Shown piece by piece: positions 16,346-26,864 of a stretch of DNA of 64,000 bases. Source of the DNA: an uncultured delta proteobacterium (lineage in GTDB: Bacteria; Myxococcota_A; Polyangia; Palsa-1104); contig CAWAWS010000033.1 in the NCBI GenBank assembly GCA_963785725.1, forward strand, positions 64,001-128,000. Direction: 5' to 3'. Position 1 is the first letter of the stretch. The number at the start of each line of letters is the position of its first letter. Below the pieces are notes generated by a model, which had not been told where the DNA came from, ran no database searches, and was given only the letters and a program-made list of their open reading frames with translations. Made by a program: the position numbers and the translations under genes.

Positions 16346-16726
16346 TTAGTTGGTGCTGCAGAGCTTGCGGAGACGGGTCACGAGCTCCTCGGCGGTCTCC
16401 GACTTCGAGATCCAGCCGTCGGCCTGCGTCTCGATGGCGAGCGCGCGCAGCCGCGATTCGTCGCACGCCGAGAACAGCACGAAGCGCGTGCCGGGCACGG
16501 CATAACGCCGCGCGATCGCCAGCAGCCGATCGCCCGACAGCGCCGGGATTTCCACGTCGAGCAGGACGACGTCGGGCGCGAACGAGCGCACCAAGTTGGA
16601 GACGCCGAACGAGCCCGCGCTCGTCGCCACGTCGAAGCCGAACGACTTGAGCTGCCGCGAAGTCAAATCGAGCTGCTGCTGATTGTCGTCGACGATCAAG
16701 ATGCGCAACTTCCGCTCACTAAGCAT
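16346..16726 (-). CDS. Single-domain response regulator (REC)
   Basis: ILIVDD, VLLDVEIP, LFSA, WISK. Confidence 0.9.
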   Translation of the reverse strand: MLSERKLRILIVDDNQQQLDLTSRQLKSFGFDVATSAGSFGVSNLVRSFAPDVVLLDVEIPALSGDRLLAIARRYAVPGTRFVLFSACDESRLRALAIETQADGWISKSETAEELVTRLRKLCSTN

Positions 16727-18821
16727 GCATACGCCTTGTGGACAAATGCTTTCGAATGACGCCGAGCAGCTTATCACGCTCGACCGGCTTGGTTAGATAG
16801 TCGGAGCAGCCGGCGGCGCGCGCTTTTTGTTCGTCGTCGCGCCCAGCGTGCGCCGTTAGCGCGATGACGGGAGTGGTCCGAAAGCGTTCGTCTTGGCGAA
16901 TGCGTTTCGTAGTCTCCCATCCGTCCATTCGCGGCAATGAAAGATCCATCAGAATCAAATCGGGCAAATGGCGACGCGCACACTCGAGGCCGTGCTCGCC
17001 GTCTTCGGCCTCGACCAATTCGAACTCGCCGTAGAGATAACGCCGCACGATGTCGCGGTTCTGCGCCGAGTCCTCGACGTAGAGAATCTTGGGCGCGCGC
17101 GACGCTTCGACTGTGCGTCGTTCGACGACATGGCGCTTGGCCTCCTGCACCACTTCGTCCATCGCCATGCCGCCCTTTTGGATCACGCGCGCCATGCCTT
17201 CACGCAGCTGTCGCTCTTCGTCGCGCTCGAGCGTCTTGCCCGTCAACACGACGATCGGCGACATCACCTTCTCGAGCCGCAGTCGCCGTAAGACTTCGAA
17301 GCCGTCCATGCCCGGCATCACCAAGTCGAGGATGATCATCGCCGGCTGCGACAAGCGCGCGCGCAAGATGGCGTCTTCGCCGTCGCGCGCTTCGGTGGCC
17401 GTAAAGCCCACGTGGCGCAGCGAGCGCGCGACCAGCTCGCGCGTCGAGTCGTCATCGTCGACGACGAGCACCTCGCCGGCGCCGGGCGCGATGGCGCGGC
17501 GCACGACGTCGACGAGCCGCTCGGGCTCGATGGGCTTGATGAGGTATTCGCACGCGCCCAGCGAAAAGCCGCGCGCGCGCTCCTCTTCGACCGACAGAAT
17601 GATGATGGGCACGCCCGCGACTTCCGGGTCCGACTTGAGCTGCGCCAGCACGTCCCAGCCGTCGAGGCGCGGCAGGCGAATGTCGAGCAGCACCGCCGCC
17701 GGCTGCAGCTGTCGCGTCAGCCGCAGCGCCTCCACGCCGTCGCCGGCGATCGTCACCTGGAAGCCGTCGCTCTCGAGCGCGCTCTTGACCAGCTGCTGAA
17801 TCAGCGGATCGTCGTCGACGAGCAGCACCGGCGTCGCCGGCGTGAGCGTCGACGGCAGCTCGGCCAGCGGCGTGACCGCCAGCTTCGGCGTCGGCAGGCG
17901 CGCGTCGTTGAGCGCGTTGGGCAGCCGCAGCGTAAACCGCGAGCCGCGCCCGACGACGCTCTGCACGTCGACGCTGCCGCCCATCACCTTCGACAGCTCG
18001 CGCACGATCGCCAAGCCGAGCCCGGTGCCGCCGACTTTGCGCGTCGCCGAGCCGTCCACTTGGCGGAACTTCTCGAAGATGTGCGCCACTTGATCGGCCG
18101 GAATGCCGATGCCCGTGTCTTCGATGGTGATGCGTAGCGCGTCGACGTCGCCTTCGATCTCGGCGACGATCTCGCCCGACTCGGTGAACTTGGCCGCGTT
18201 CGACATCAAGTTGAGCAGGATCTGACGAATCTTGAGCGCGTCGGTGAACGCCCAGCGCGCCCGCTCGTCGACGCGCACCGACAGCTGCACGTCTTTGCCC
18301 TTCAGATACTCGCGCACGGTCATGGCGCACTCGTCGGCCAACGTCGCGATGTCGACGCGCTCACGCACGACTTCGACGCGCCCCGCCTCGATCTTCGACA
18401 GGTCGAGGATGTCGTTGATGAGCGACAACAAGGTCTTGGCGTTCGACTTGATGACGTTCAGATCGCGCCGGCCGTGCGGCGTCAAGCGCGCGCCCTCTTC
18501 GCGCGTCAAGAGGTCGGTGTAGCCGATGATGCCGTTGAGCGGCGTGCGAATCTCGTGCGAGAAGTTGGCCAGGAACTCCGACTTCAGCCGCGCCCCTTCT
18601 TCGATCTCGCGCGACTTCTCCTCTTCGATGCGCTTGGCGCGCGCCAGATCCGCGGCCAGGCGATCGAGGTCCTCGTTCTGCTGGCGAATGATCTCCATCT
18701 GCAGCGCGCGCTGCTGATAGCTGGCCACCGCGCGCGCCGCCAGCCGTCGCTGGCGCTCGACCTCCAAGCGCAGCGCCTCGTTCTCGGCCGCGAGCTTCTG
18801 CAGCTCCTCGTCGCTGCTCAC
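16719..18821 (-). CDS. Cytoplasmic hybrid histidine kinase with three receiver domains
   Basis: N-terminal coiled coil, FSHEIRTPLN H-box, NLMSNAAKFT, DTGIGI, GGTGLGL, then three REC domains (LLVDDD, LVVDDD, LYVEDS); GTGA overlap with the FIST gene. Confidence 0.93.
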   Translation of the reverse strand: MSSDEELQKLAAENEALRLEVERQRRLAARAVASYQQRALQMEIIRQQNEDLDRLAADLARAKRIEEEKSREIEEGARLKSEFLANFSHEIRTPLNGIIGYTDLLTREEGARLTPHGRRDLNVIKSNAKTLLSLINDILDLSKIEAGRVEVVRERVDIATLADECAMTVREYLKGKDVQLSVRVDERARWAFTDALKIRQILLNLMSNAAKFTESGEIVAEIEGDVDALRITIEDTGIGIPADQVAHIFEKFRQVDGSATRKVGGTGLGLAIVRELSKVMGGSVDVQSVVGRGSRFTLRLPNALNDARLPTPKLAVTPLAELPSTLTPATPVLLVDDDPLIQQLVKSALESDGFQVTIAGDGVEALRLTRQLQPAAVLLDIRLPRLDGWDVLAQLKSDPEVAGVPIIILSVEEERARGFSLGACEYLIKPIEPERLVDVVRRAIAPGAGEVLVVDDDDSTRELVARSLRHVGFTATEARDGEDAILRARLSQPAMIILDLVMPGMDGFEVLRRLRLEKVMSPIVVLTGKTLERDEERQLREGMARVIQKGGMAMDEVVQEAKRHVVERRTVEASRAPKILYVEDSAQNRDIVRRYLYGEFELVEAEDGEHGLECARRHLPDLILMDLSLPRMDGWETTKRIRQDERFRTTPVIALTAHAGRDDEQKARAAGCSDYLTKPVERDKLLGVIRKHLSTRRMHA

Positions 18822-19984
18822 GACTGCGTGGTCCCGAACACGAGCGACGTGAGCGTGGTGTTGATGTGGAAGCCGCAGTAAATCTCGAACTGCACGTTGA
18901 AGCCGACGCTGGGCGGCGCCTGCTTGAACGCCTCCGACAGCTGCGGAATGAACCCGCCCGCGCTCGCCGCCCACATGCGCCCGCCGCAGTGGAACATCAG
19001 CGCCGCCGTCGGGTTGTGCACGCGCCGCCCGATCTCCTCGGTCAAGAACTTGCGCGTCGACTCGACGGGATCGAGCGCGCGCATGATCTCGTACTCGCTG
19101 TGCTCCTCGAGCAAGTTGGCGAACACGATCGAGCCGTCGGGCAGCGGCCAGCCGCCGGCGCGCATGAAGTATTCGCGCCCGACCTTCATCGCCGTCGGCC
19201 GATGCGAGATGCCCTTGGGCATGCCGAACGGCAGCTCTTCGGGCGTGCAGCCGATGAGCTCGGCATAGCGCAGCGCCGCCGGCTTGCCGTCGATCTCGAG
19301 CGCCCGCCGATGCGAGTCGTCGACTTTGGTGATCGTCAGCATCTGCCCCGTCGGCTCGTACCAATGCGAACGCAACGCCGCCCACGGCGCATCGGTGTGA
19401 AACAGCGCCACGAACGCCGCATCGGAGACGACCTCGCCGTCGACGTGAATCTCGGCCGACTGCTTCGACGGATCGCGCTCGCCGTCGCTGGCGCCGCCGC
19501 CGACGAGCACGAGCCCTTGATTGCGATCGAGGATGCCGAGCAGCAGCTCCTCTTTCTTACTTTGGAAGCCGTCATCGACGACGACGCCGACGTGCTTGCG
19601 CGCGCTCAGATCGGCCGGCCGCGTGCCCAGCTCCTCGCAGGCGCGCGTGATGGCCTGCGAGCCGGCGGCGACGGCGTCGCGCGACAACCCACCGCCGAGG
19701 CCGAGGCCGACCTCGAAGTCGCCGCCGAGCGCGCCGAGCACGACCGAGCCCATGTGCAACCCATCGCGATCGATCTCGCCCGCCGTGGTCGAGCCGATGA
19801 GCCGCGTCCCTTTCGGCAAACGTTCGCGCAGCGCCCGGTTGAGCGCCCTCTGATCGCGATCGCGCGACGCGAACAGCGTCACCAGCTTGGGCACGAAACC
19901 GCCGAGCTGGTTCATGAGCTCGTCGGCGATCTGCTTCGGATCTTGCGCCTCGCTGCGGGCGCTCTTGAGCTGGATGCTAGCCAT
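18818..19984 (-). CDS. FIST-domain (NosP-like) signal transduction protein
   Basis: LIGSTTAGEI, LVGGGASD, LEIDGKPAA, FHCGGR, GFNVQFEIY...HINTT. Confidence 0.88.
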   Translation of the reverse strand: MASIQLKSARSEAQDPKQIADELMNQLGGFVPKLVTLFASRDRDQRALNRALRERLPKGTRLIGSTTAGEIDRDGLHMGSVVLGALGGDFEVGLGLGGGLSRDAVAAGSQAITRACEELGTRPADLSARKHVGVVVDDGFQSKKEELLLGILDRNQGLVLVGGGASDGERDPSKQSAEIHVDGEVVSDAAFVALFHTDAPWAALRSHWYEPTGQMLTITKVDDSHRRALEIDGKPAALRYAELIGCTPEELPFGMPKGISHRPTAMKVGREYFMRAGGWPLPDGSIVFANLLEEHSEYEIMRALDPVESTRKFLTEEIGRRVHNPTAALMFHCGGRMWAASAGGFIPQLSEAFKQAPPSVGFNVQFEIYCGFHINTTLTSLVFGTTQS

Positions 19985-20004
19985 GGGCTCGGTCCTTTCT
20001 CGTT

Positions 20005-21808
20005 CTAAAGTCCGCTGCCGGGATGGCTGCGGTGGCAGGAGGTGGTGCACTGGTTGAACGAATCGGTCGGGCCGCCGCCGATGAACACGCTGGTGATGGC
20101 GCCATATTTCTGCACGTGATCGTCGGGATACGACTTGTGGCACGACAAGCAGGCCGACTTCGACGTCCGCAGAATCGACGCGTTGTTCAAGTGGCAGTTG
20201 CTGCACTGAAACGTCGGCTGATCGAAGCGCTGCGAGCGCGAGTGAATGAAGTGCGTGCGCACGTAAATCGGCCCTTCGTACTCGAAGGCCAGCGGCGCGT
20301 GACAGGCGTGGCAGGTGCCGCGGTCGCCGTTGGCGTGCAGAGATCGCCTGGAACGAGCTGTCGCCGGTGTGGCAATTCTGGCAACCACCCGTCGTCAAGG
20401 TCGGCGTCGTCACCGTCTTCGTGCCGACCTGGATGGGTACCGTCCGCGTGTACGGAATGTCCTCGCCCATGAACGTGCGCCGCCCTTTGATCGTCGCGTA
20501 ATAAGTGCCGGACGGCGCGTCGCTGGGCACGTGGAAGAACCAATTGTCGGGGACGGGATTGGCCCACGCCGCGTGCGTCGGGTCGAAGGCGCCGCCGAAC
20601 AGCGCGTTGCCGGTCGGAAACGCGCGCAGCTCGCCGTAGACGCCGTCGACGGCGATGCTGGCCACCGGATCGGTGTCGTTGGGCCCGAGCACCGTCGCCA
20701 CCTGCACCTCCGAGCGAATCGGCTGAATGTCCTGCGCCGGCCCCATGAAGTCGGCGAGCAGCTGCCGCTCACGATGCTTGCGCCGATAGTAGGTCACCGT
20801 CGGATCGAAGAACGCGCGGTAATACTGGATGCCGCTCTTGTCGACGCCGTCGATGACGTCGTTGTACGTCGGCAACGAGCCGACCGGATGCAGCCGATTG
20901 CCCGAGCCGTCGCGCAAGGTCACCTGAAACTGAATCGCCGTGCCCGGCGCGTACGTGCCGTCTTTACGCGGCGCCGTCAGCGCATTCAGATCGATCGAGA
21001 AGCCGTAGTCGAACTGCGGCGTCTTCACTTGCGTCACCGGGATGGTCCAGCTGCCCGGCTTCAAGGTCCAGCTCAGCGTGAACGCCGCCGTGCGCGCATC
21101 GAGCTTGAACGTCTGACACGGCGCCATCGAGTTGCGCAGCTCGATCAGCGCCTCCTCTTGGAAGCTGGTCGCGCCGGTGCAGTCGGTGGGCGAGACACAG
21201 TCGTTGGTCCACTGAATGGCGCGCATGCGGCGCACGAAGAAGTCGTCGCTGGCGCGGCGCGTGTAGTCGTCGCCGGCCGACACCAGCAAGGGCGCGCCGA
21301 TGGCGTGGCCGGCGGCATCGACCTGCTGCAGCGTGAACCAGCTCGGCGCTTCCATCCACGCCGCCTCGCGATAGAAGGCGCGCCGCGTCCACGTTCCGTC
21401 GGCGTTGGGCAGATCCTCCGGCTCGGTGTCGACGTTTTGCACGCCGGCCCAAGGCACGGCCGCGAAGTCGCCCGTCGTCGTCAGCCCGTCGACGCCTTCA
21501 TCGACCGTCGTCTCGATCGCCGCCCGCACGTCGATCTGGTTCAGCCAGAACGTCTGCCCTTGTCGCAGCGTCAACGGAACGCCTACGCCGGTGTCGACTT
21601 CGACGGCGAGCCCGACCGCGCCCGGCGGCGCGCCCGGAATGATCGGCGTCGTCGCCGCTGCCTGCGTGTCGCTGAAGGTCGTGTCGTCGTCGCGCCTGGC
21701 GTCTCCTGTTGCCGCCGCAGTACGATCCGCTGCCGAGCAGCCGATCGAGCACATGGCCGTTAACGCCGCCGCCGCCGCCCCCAAGACTGACGCACGCAGA
21801 TCGAGCAT
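20005..21808 (-). CDS. Multiheme c-type cytochrome lipoprotein (5 heme motifs), split by one frameshift near 20341
   Basis: Lipobox SIGC; CQNCH in the upstream frame; CHACH, CSNCH, CLSCH and CTTSCH in the downstream frame. Removing one base in ATC-T-CTG-CAC joins them as FQAILHANGDRGTCHACH. Confidence 0.8.
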
Positions 21809-22089
21809 TCCGTGCACCCCTTAGTCGCGCCGATCGAGCTGAAGAGATCGGGCCGTGTCCACCGTACCAGCGACGTGACGACTACGGGAATGCGACAAAT
21901 TGCCGCACGGAAATCGACGATGTCGGCGCGCTGAGCTCCCCACAGCGCGAATCCGCGACCCTCACCCGATCGCGAGCAACGCCTGCGCGGGCGGCGTCGT
22001 CCTAGATTTCGATGCGCGCGGCCGGGCAGCGACCACCGCGAAGTCGCCAAGATGTCCCACGCGCGTCGCGCTCGGTGTACGCTGCCGGC

Positions 22090-23550
22090 ATGCGTTGGCT
22101 TGGCCTCTCGGTCGCCGTCATGTCCTGGTTACTGTCGTCGCCCGCGTTCGCCGCCGGCGCGCTCACCGTCAACGGTCGCTTCTTCCGCGACGCGACCGGA
22201 GGCACCGTGATCCTGCGCGGCGCCGACGTCGGTGGAAACTCGAAGGTGCCGCCCTTCAAAGCGATCGATCCGGTGTCACAGCTCGATCCTTTGCCGACGT
22301 GGGGAATGAACGTCATTCGCCTGCTTTTCACGTGGGAAGCCTACGAGGGCGTCAAAGGCACCTACGACGACAGCGGCTATCTCGCCTACTATAAAAGCGT
22401 CGTCGAGGCCGCGGGTCAGCGCGGCATCTACGTCGTCGTCGACTTCCACCAAGACGCGTTCTCGCGTTATTCGCTCGAGGGCTGTGGCGAAGGCTTCCCG
22501 CAATGGGCGCTGCCGCCGTCGGTGACACCGGCCACGCCCGACAACGGCGCCGACTGCGCCAACTGGGGCCAGCGGCAGATCGGCGACGCCGACATCAACG
22601 CCAGCTGGGACGCCTTCTACAGCGACGCCAACGGCGTGCGCACGGCCTATTTGGCGATGATCACGCGCGTCGCCACGGCGCTGGCGAGCGAGCCGGCCGT
22701 CATTGGCTACGACCTCCTCAACGAGCCGCTCGGCGACGAGCCGACGCAGATCGGACCGCTCTACACCGACGCCGTCGCCGCCATTCGCACGGCCGATCCC
22801 AACGCCATCGCCTTCGTCTCGCCCAACGGCGTCACCAGCGCCGGCGAAGCGACGAAGCTGCCGCAGCCGACCTTCACCAACTACTGTTACTCGCCGCATT
22901 TCTACGATCCGACGGTCTCGCTCTTGAAATCGTGGGGCGGCAGCGACGAGAGCATCGGCTTCGGCGCCATGATCGGCACGTCCACGGCCTGGGGCGTGCC
23001 GCTCTTCTTGGGCGAGTACGGCTCGCCGCCCGACGTCGACGAGGTGGACGGCTACATGGGCGCGATGGCCACCCAGCTGAACGCGGCTTTGGCTTCAGGT
23101 GCGCAATGGGCCTACACGCCCGGCTGGACGCCGACGGCCAAGGACGGCTGGGACACCGAAGACTTCAGCATCGTCGACAACACCGGCGCCACGCGCGCCA
23201 ACTTCCGGCCGCGGCCGTTCCCGCGTCGCGTCGCCGGCACGCCGCTGACGCTCGACGTCAGCGACGAGATGGACCCCAAGCAAAACGGCCTGCAGCTGTC
23301 GTGGACCAACGATCCCGCCGCCGGCGTCACCGAGCTCTTCGTGCCCGCGGCCTACTTCGGCGGCAGCGTCAGCGTCGACGGCGACGGCGACGTCAAGTGC
23401 AAGCTCGTCGGCGATCTGGCCAGCTGTACGGCCAAGACCGCCGGCACCAAGAACGTGCGCGCCGCGGCCGCGAAAAAGACGCGCTGCGGCTTGACCGGCG
23501 CCGAAGCACTCGCGTTCCTGTTTCTCTTCCGGCGCCGCCGCAGACGCTAG
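22090..23550 (+). CDS. Glycoside hydrolase family 5 (endoglycoceramidase-like) with a MYXO-CTERM-like tail
   Basis: Signal peptide, VILRG, VVVDFHQD, YDLLNEP (acid/base), SPHFY, FLGEYG (nucleophile), C-terminal CG...hydrophobic...RRRRRR. Confidence 0.88.
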   Translation: MRWLGLSVAVMSWLLSSPAFAAGALTVNGRFFRDATGGTVILRGADVGGNSKVPPFKAIDPVSQLDPLPTWGMNVIRLLFTWEAYEGVKGTYDDSGYLAYYKSVVEAAGQRGIYVVVDFHQDAFSRYSLEGCGEGFPQWALPPSVTPATPDNGADCANWGQRQIGDADINASWDAFYSDANGVRTAYLAMITRVATALASEPAVIGYDLLNEPLGDEPTQIGPLYTDAVAAIRTADPNAIAFVSPNGVTSAGEATKLPQPTFTNYCYSPHFYDPTVSLLKSWGGSDESIGFGAMIGTSTAWGVPLFLGEYGSPPDVDEVDGYMGAMATQLNAALASGAQWAYTPGWTPTAKDGWDTEDFSIVDNTGATRANFRPRPFPRRVAGTPLTLDVSDEMDPKQNGLQLSWTNDPAAGVTELFVPAAYFGGSVSVDGDGDVKCKLVGDLASCTAKTAGTKNVRAAAAKKTRCGLTGAEALAFLFLFRRRRRR

Positions 23551-23644
23551 CGCCGACAGCCGATAGGCGCGAAATGGCCCGCAAAAATGCGGTGCATCAC
23601 ATACGCTCTGCCACACTCTGTCCGAACCCTCGAGGAGGCTGCTT

Positions 23645-24739
23645 ATGAATTGGCGTTTGGCTTTGCGCTCCACGCTCGCATTCGCGATGTTTGCCGCAGT
23701 CGGTTGCGGCGGCTCCAACGGCAGTAAATCGGGCGGCGGCGGCGGCGGAGCGGCCGGCGGCGGCGGCGGCGGAACGGCCGGCGGCGGCGGCGCGGGCGGC
23801 GGCAGCTTGAGCTCGACCGGTCCGTACACGGTGCAGTTCGGCCCCATCACCGTCGCGCCGAACTACGAAGACACGCAGTGCCTCGTCCTGCGCCTCGGCA
23901 ACGCCAACGCCATTCACGTCGGCACGATCCACAACGTGCTCGGCACGTCGTCGCACCACATGATCGTCTACAAGGTGTCGGACACGGTCGAGCAGACGAC
24001 GCCGTTCGACTGCCAGCCATTTACCGAGACGCTCGATCCGACCAAGGGTCAGCCGCTCATGATCACGCAAAAGCACGACGAAGTGCTGACGCTGCCCGAC
24101 GGCGTCGCCTTCAACCTCGACGCGAACCAGATGATCCGCATCGAGATGCACTACATCAACGCGACGACGGCGCCGGTGACGCTGACGTCGACGTCGACGT
24201 TCACCGAGACCACGAACTATCAGTACGAAGCCGGCTTCTTGTTCATGGGCGACATCGACATTTCGCTGCCGCCGCAGGTCGCGACCACGCTCGGCCCGGT
24301 GTTCTCGCAGCTCGACGCGGCTTATGCCGGCGTCAACTTCTTCGCGCTCACCGGCCACGAGCACAAGATGGGCACCAACGTCACCATCAGCACCGCGACC
24401 AGCGCCACCGACCCGAACCCGACGTCGGTCTACAACGTTCCCAATTGGCTGTGGAGCGAGCCGGCGACGGTCTATCAGACGCCGCCGTTCCAGATTCCGG
24501 CGGGCGGCGGCTTCCAGTTCACGTGTAACTGGTTCAACAGCGACCCGGCCGAAACGAACGGCCAGCCGACGCCGCCCATCACGTTCGGCGAGTCGGCCAA
24601 CGACGAGATGTGCTTCTTCTGGGCCTACTACTACCCGAACATCGGCGCCAAGGTCTGCTTGCACTCGAGCCACTTCGGTGACGTGTGCTGCCCCGATTCG
24701 ACCAGCGCCATCTGCACCGCGCTCGCCAGCGGCTCGTAG
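23645..24739 (+). CDS. Copper type II ascorbate-dependent monooxygenase-like (PHM fold) lipoprotein
   Basis: Lipobox AVGC; SHHMIVY and EMHY (CuH), GHEHKMG and DEMC (CuM). Confidence 0.8.
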   Translation: MNWRLALRSTLAFAMFAAVGCGGSNGSKSGGGGGGAAGGGGGGTAGGGGAGGGSLSSTGPYTVQFGPITVAPNYEDTQCLVLRLGNANAIHVGTIHNVLGTSSHHMIVYKVSDTVEQTTPFDCQPFTETLDPTKGQPLMITQKHDEVLTLPDGVAFNLDANQMIRIEMHYINATTAPVTLTSTSTFTETTNYQYEAGFLFMGDIDISLPPQVATTLGPVFSQLDAAYAGVNFFALTGHEHKMGTNVTISTATSATDPNPTSVYNVPNWLWSEPATVYQTPPFQIPAGGGFQFTCNWFNSDPAETNGQPTPPITFGESANDEMCFFWAYYYPNIGAKVCLHSSHFGDVCCPDSTSAICTALASGS

Positions 24740-24788
24740 TCTCCCGCTCGTAAGTCAACACCCGTTTACTTCCCGCACACACGAAGCC

Positions 24789-24815
24789 CCGCAGCGACGG
24801 CGACCGTCGCTGCGG
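24789..24815. terminator. Perfect 12-bp hairpin between convergent genes (terminator or REP-like)
   Basis: CCGCAGCGACGG-CGA-CCGTCGCTGCGG; no clear U-tract. Confidence 0.45.
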
Positions 24816-24971
24816 AGGCCTCCGTCAGCGGCCTGCGTTCGCGCCTCCCCACACACCGCCCATCACGTCGATGAAGATGAGGAAACTTCGCATCCACGCA
24901 TAGCTATACAGATGCGCGCGAGGGTCAGCGTGGCGGGTCGAACGAGCGGAGGTGAGGTTGGTCTCGGCGAA

Positions 24972-26480
24972 TCAGCCGGCGATGGTGCTGCACTCGACGG
25001 AGGCGTTGGTGTTCGCCGGCGCCGCCATGCCGTTGCGGTTGATGGCGATGCCGACACCTTCGGGCGAGATGCTGTTGCACAACGCGTTGGGCGCGATCGT
25101 CCAGCACGGGAAGGTGCCGTTCGACGTCGCGCACGCCGGAATCGACGTGATCGTCTGCGTGCCGTCGCTGTTGTCGGTGACGTCCTCGACGATGCACTGC
25201 GGGTTGTTCAAGTCGGTCAGCTTGGCCGGGATGCAGCCGGGGCTGATCTGCGACGAGATGAGCTTGCCGAGCGCCTGCAGCGCCGAGGTGAAGTCGGGCG
25301 CCATGTTCAAGTCGTCGCCGCAGATGCTGCTCGTCTGCTTGAACTTGGCGCTGTTGACGACGGCGTTCAGACGCACCGACGGATCGGCGAAGAAGGCCGG
25401 CGACACGTTGTTCTGGCAGACGTGGTTGAGGCGCTGCACGCAGTTGCTGCCGAGCGCGCCACACGGCACATAAGAAGGATTGGGCGCGACGCCGAGGCCG
25501 GTGCCGCTGGTGACGAGCGCCGTCGAGACCGGCGACTCCGGCCCGTCGATGGCGAAGAGGATGACGTCATCGGCCGTGCTCTTGATGCCGCCGAGCGCGC
25601 TCGGCTGCGAGAACAGGTTCGTGTAGCGCGAGATGTCGTACGCCAGCGTCGGCGGCGCGCCCGGCGACAGATTGGGCGCCGCCGCGCAGTTCGCCAGCGA
25701 CATCGGCATGCCGTACGGAATCGCGTTGCCGCCGCAGTAAACGGCGTACTGCGTCTGCCGGTAGGTGTCGTACGCGCCGTAAGTGCCCACGTCGGCGGTC
25801 GACTCGTAGAACTTCACTTGCGGCGCCGCCGAGCCGTCATCCTCGTTGGTGACGAAGACGACGGCGAGCAGCGCTTGCTGGCGCAAGAAGCCGGCGTTCT
25901 CTTTCGTATTCTTGAGCGCCTGCAACACCGACTCGAGCTGATGCTCGAAGCCGCAACCGCCGGCGCCGACCGACGCCATGCAGGTGAACGTCGGCACGAG
26001 ATCCTGCCCCGCCGGCAAGTTGCTCGTCGGCGTACCGCTCTTGTTGAACGCGTACTGGATATAAGGAGTGTTGCCCGTCGGCACTTGGCAGCTGGCGTCG
26101 GCCGCCGCGCCTTTGGCCTGCAGGATGCCGTTCTGTCCGCCGGGCGACGCTTGGCAGCCGCCGCCCGCCGTGTCACCGGCGCCGTAGTCCGACGTCACGA
26201 CGCCGATGTGCAGATCGGCGTAGGTGCCGGCAGTCGCCAGATCTTGGAAGACCTGAAAGAAGTCGGAGAAGCGCGCCTTGAGCTCGGTCTGCATCGCGTC
26301 CATCGACGGCGAGTTATCGACCATGAACAAGACGTCGATCTGATTCTGCTCGTTCTGCGGCACGCGCACCGGCGTGTCCTGAACGACGGTCGTGGCCGGT
26401 GACTCGACCGGCGGGTTGAGACAGGCCGTCGACAACATCCACACCGAGCCGGCGGCGACCCACCCGAGCAAGCGCAACAT
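24972..26480 (-). CDS. Cys-rich vWA-like myxobacterial lipoprotein
   Basis: Lipobox STAC; IDVLFMVDNSPSM (DxSxS MIDAS), LHIGVVTSD, GCGFEHQLES, FLRQQALLAVVFVTNEDD. Confidence 0.8.
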   Translation of the reverse strand: MLRLLGWVAAGSVWMLSTACLNPPVESPATTVVQDTPVRVPQNEQNQIDVLFMVDNSPSMDAMQTELKARFSDFFQVFQDLATAGTYADLHIGVVTSDYGAGDTAGGGCQASPGGQNGILQAKGAAADASCQVPTGNTPYIQYAFNKSGTPTSNLPAGQDLVPTFTCMASVGAGGCGFEHQLESVLQALKNTKENAGFLRQQALLAVVFVTNEDDGSAAPQVKFYESTADVGTYGAYDTYRQTQYAVYCGGNAIPYGMPMSLANCAAAPNLSPGAPPTLAYDISRYTNLFSQPSALGGIKSTADDVILFAIDGPESPVSTALVTSGTGLGVAPNPSYVPCGALGSNCVQRLNHVCQNNVSPAFFADPSVRLNAVVNSAKFKQTSSICGDDLNMAPDFTSALQALGKLISSQISPGCIPAKLTDLNNPQCIVEDVTDNSDGTQTITSIPACATSNGTFPCWTIAPNALCNSISPEGVGIAINRNGMAAPANTNASVECSTIAG

Positions 26481-26864
26481 CCTGACCACGCGACACCTCC
26501 GGCGATTCGATGTAGCAAACCTGACACCAGCCGAAGTTCCAAGCACGACAAGGACTTCGGCGGATCGATCGACAACCGCGTTGGCCGCAACGTCAACTTG
26601 GTTGGCAGATCGCGGCTGTACCGGGTCGCGCAGATCAACCGAGTACCGCGGTCTCCAGCGCAGACGATCGTGCGCGGTGCGGCGAGGTTCCCCTGTGTCG
26701 TTGCCAACTGCCATGGAGCAATTGGCCCCAGGCGACGCGCACAATCGAGCGCAGTCCCCGAAAACGCACAAAGGCCGCAAGGTTGCGCAATCCTGCGCAC
26801 GAGTGTGCGCTCGGGCGCGAGCGGGCCCAAGCGTTGCTTTGTGTCCGCTTGGCTGAATCCCGTG

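Noticed and set aside
18818..21817. 999-aa cytochrome-FIST fusion in the ORF track
   Set aside because: Caused by the frameshift near 20341. The linking segment is off-frame Arg-rich text, and FIST has its own ATG at 19984.
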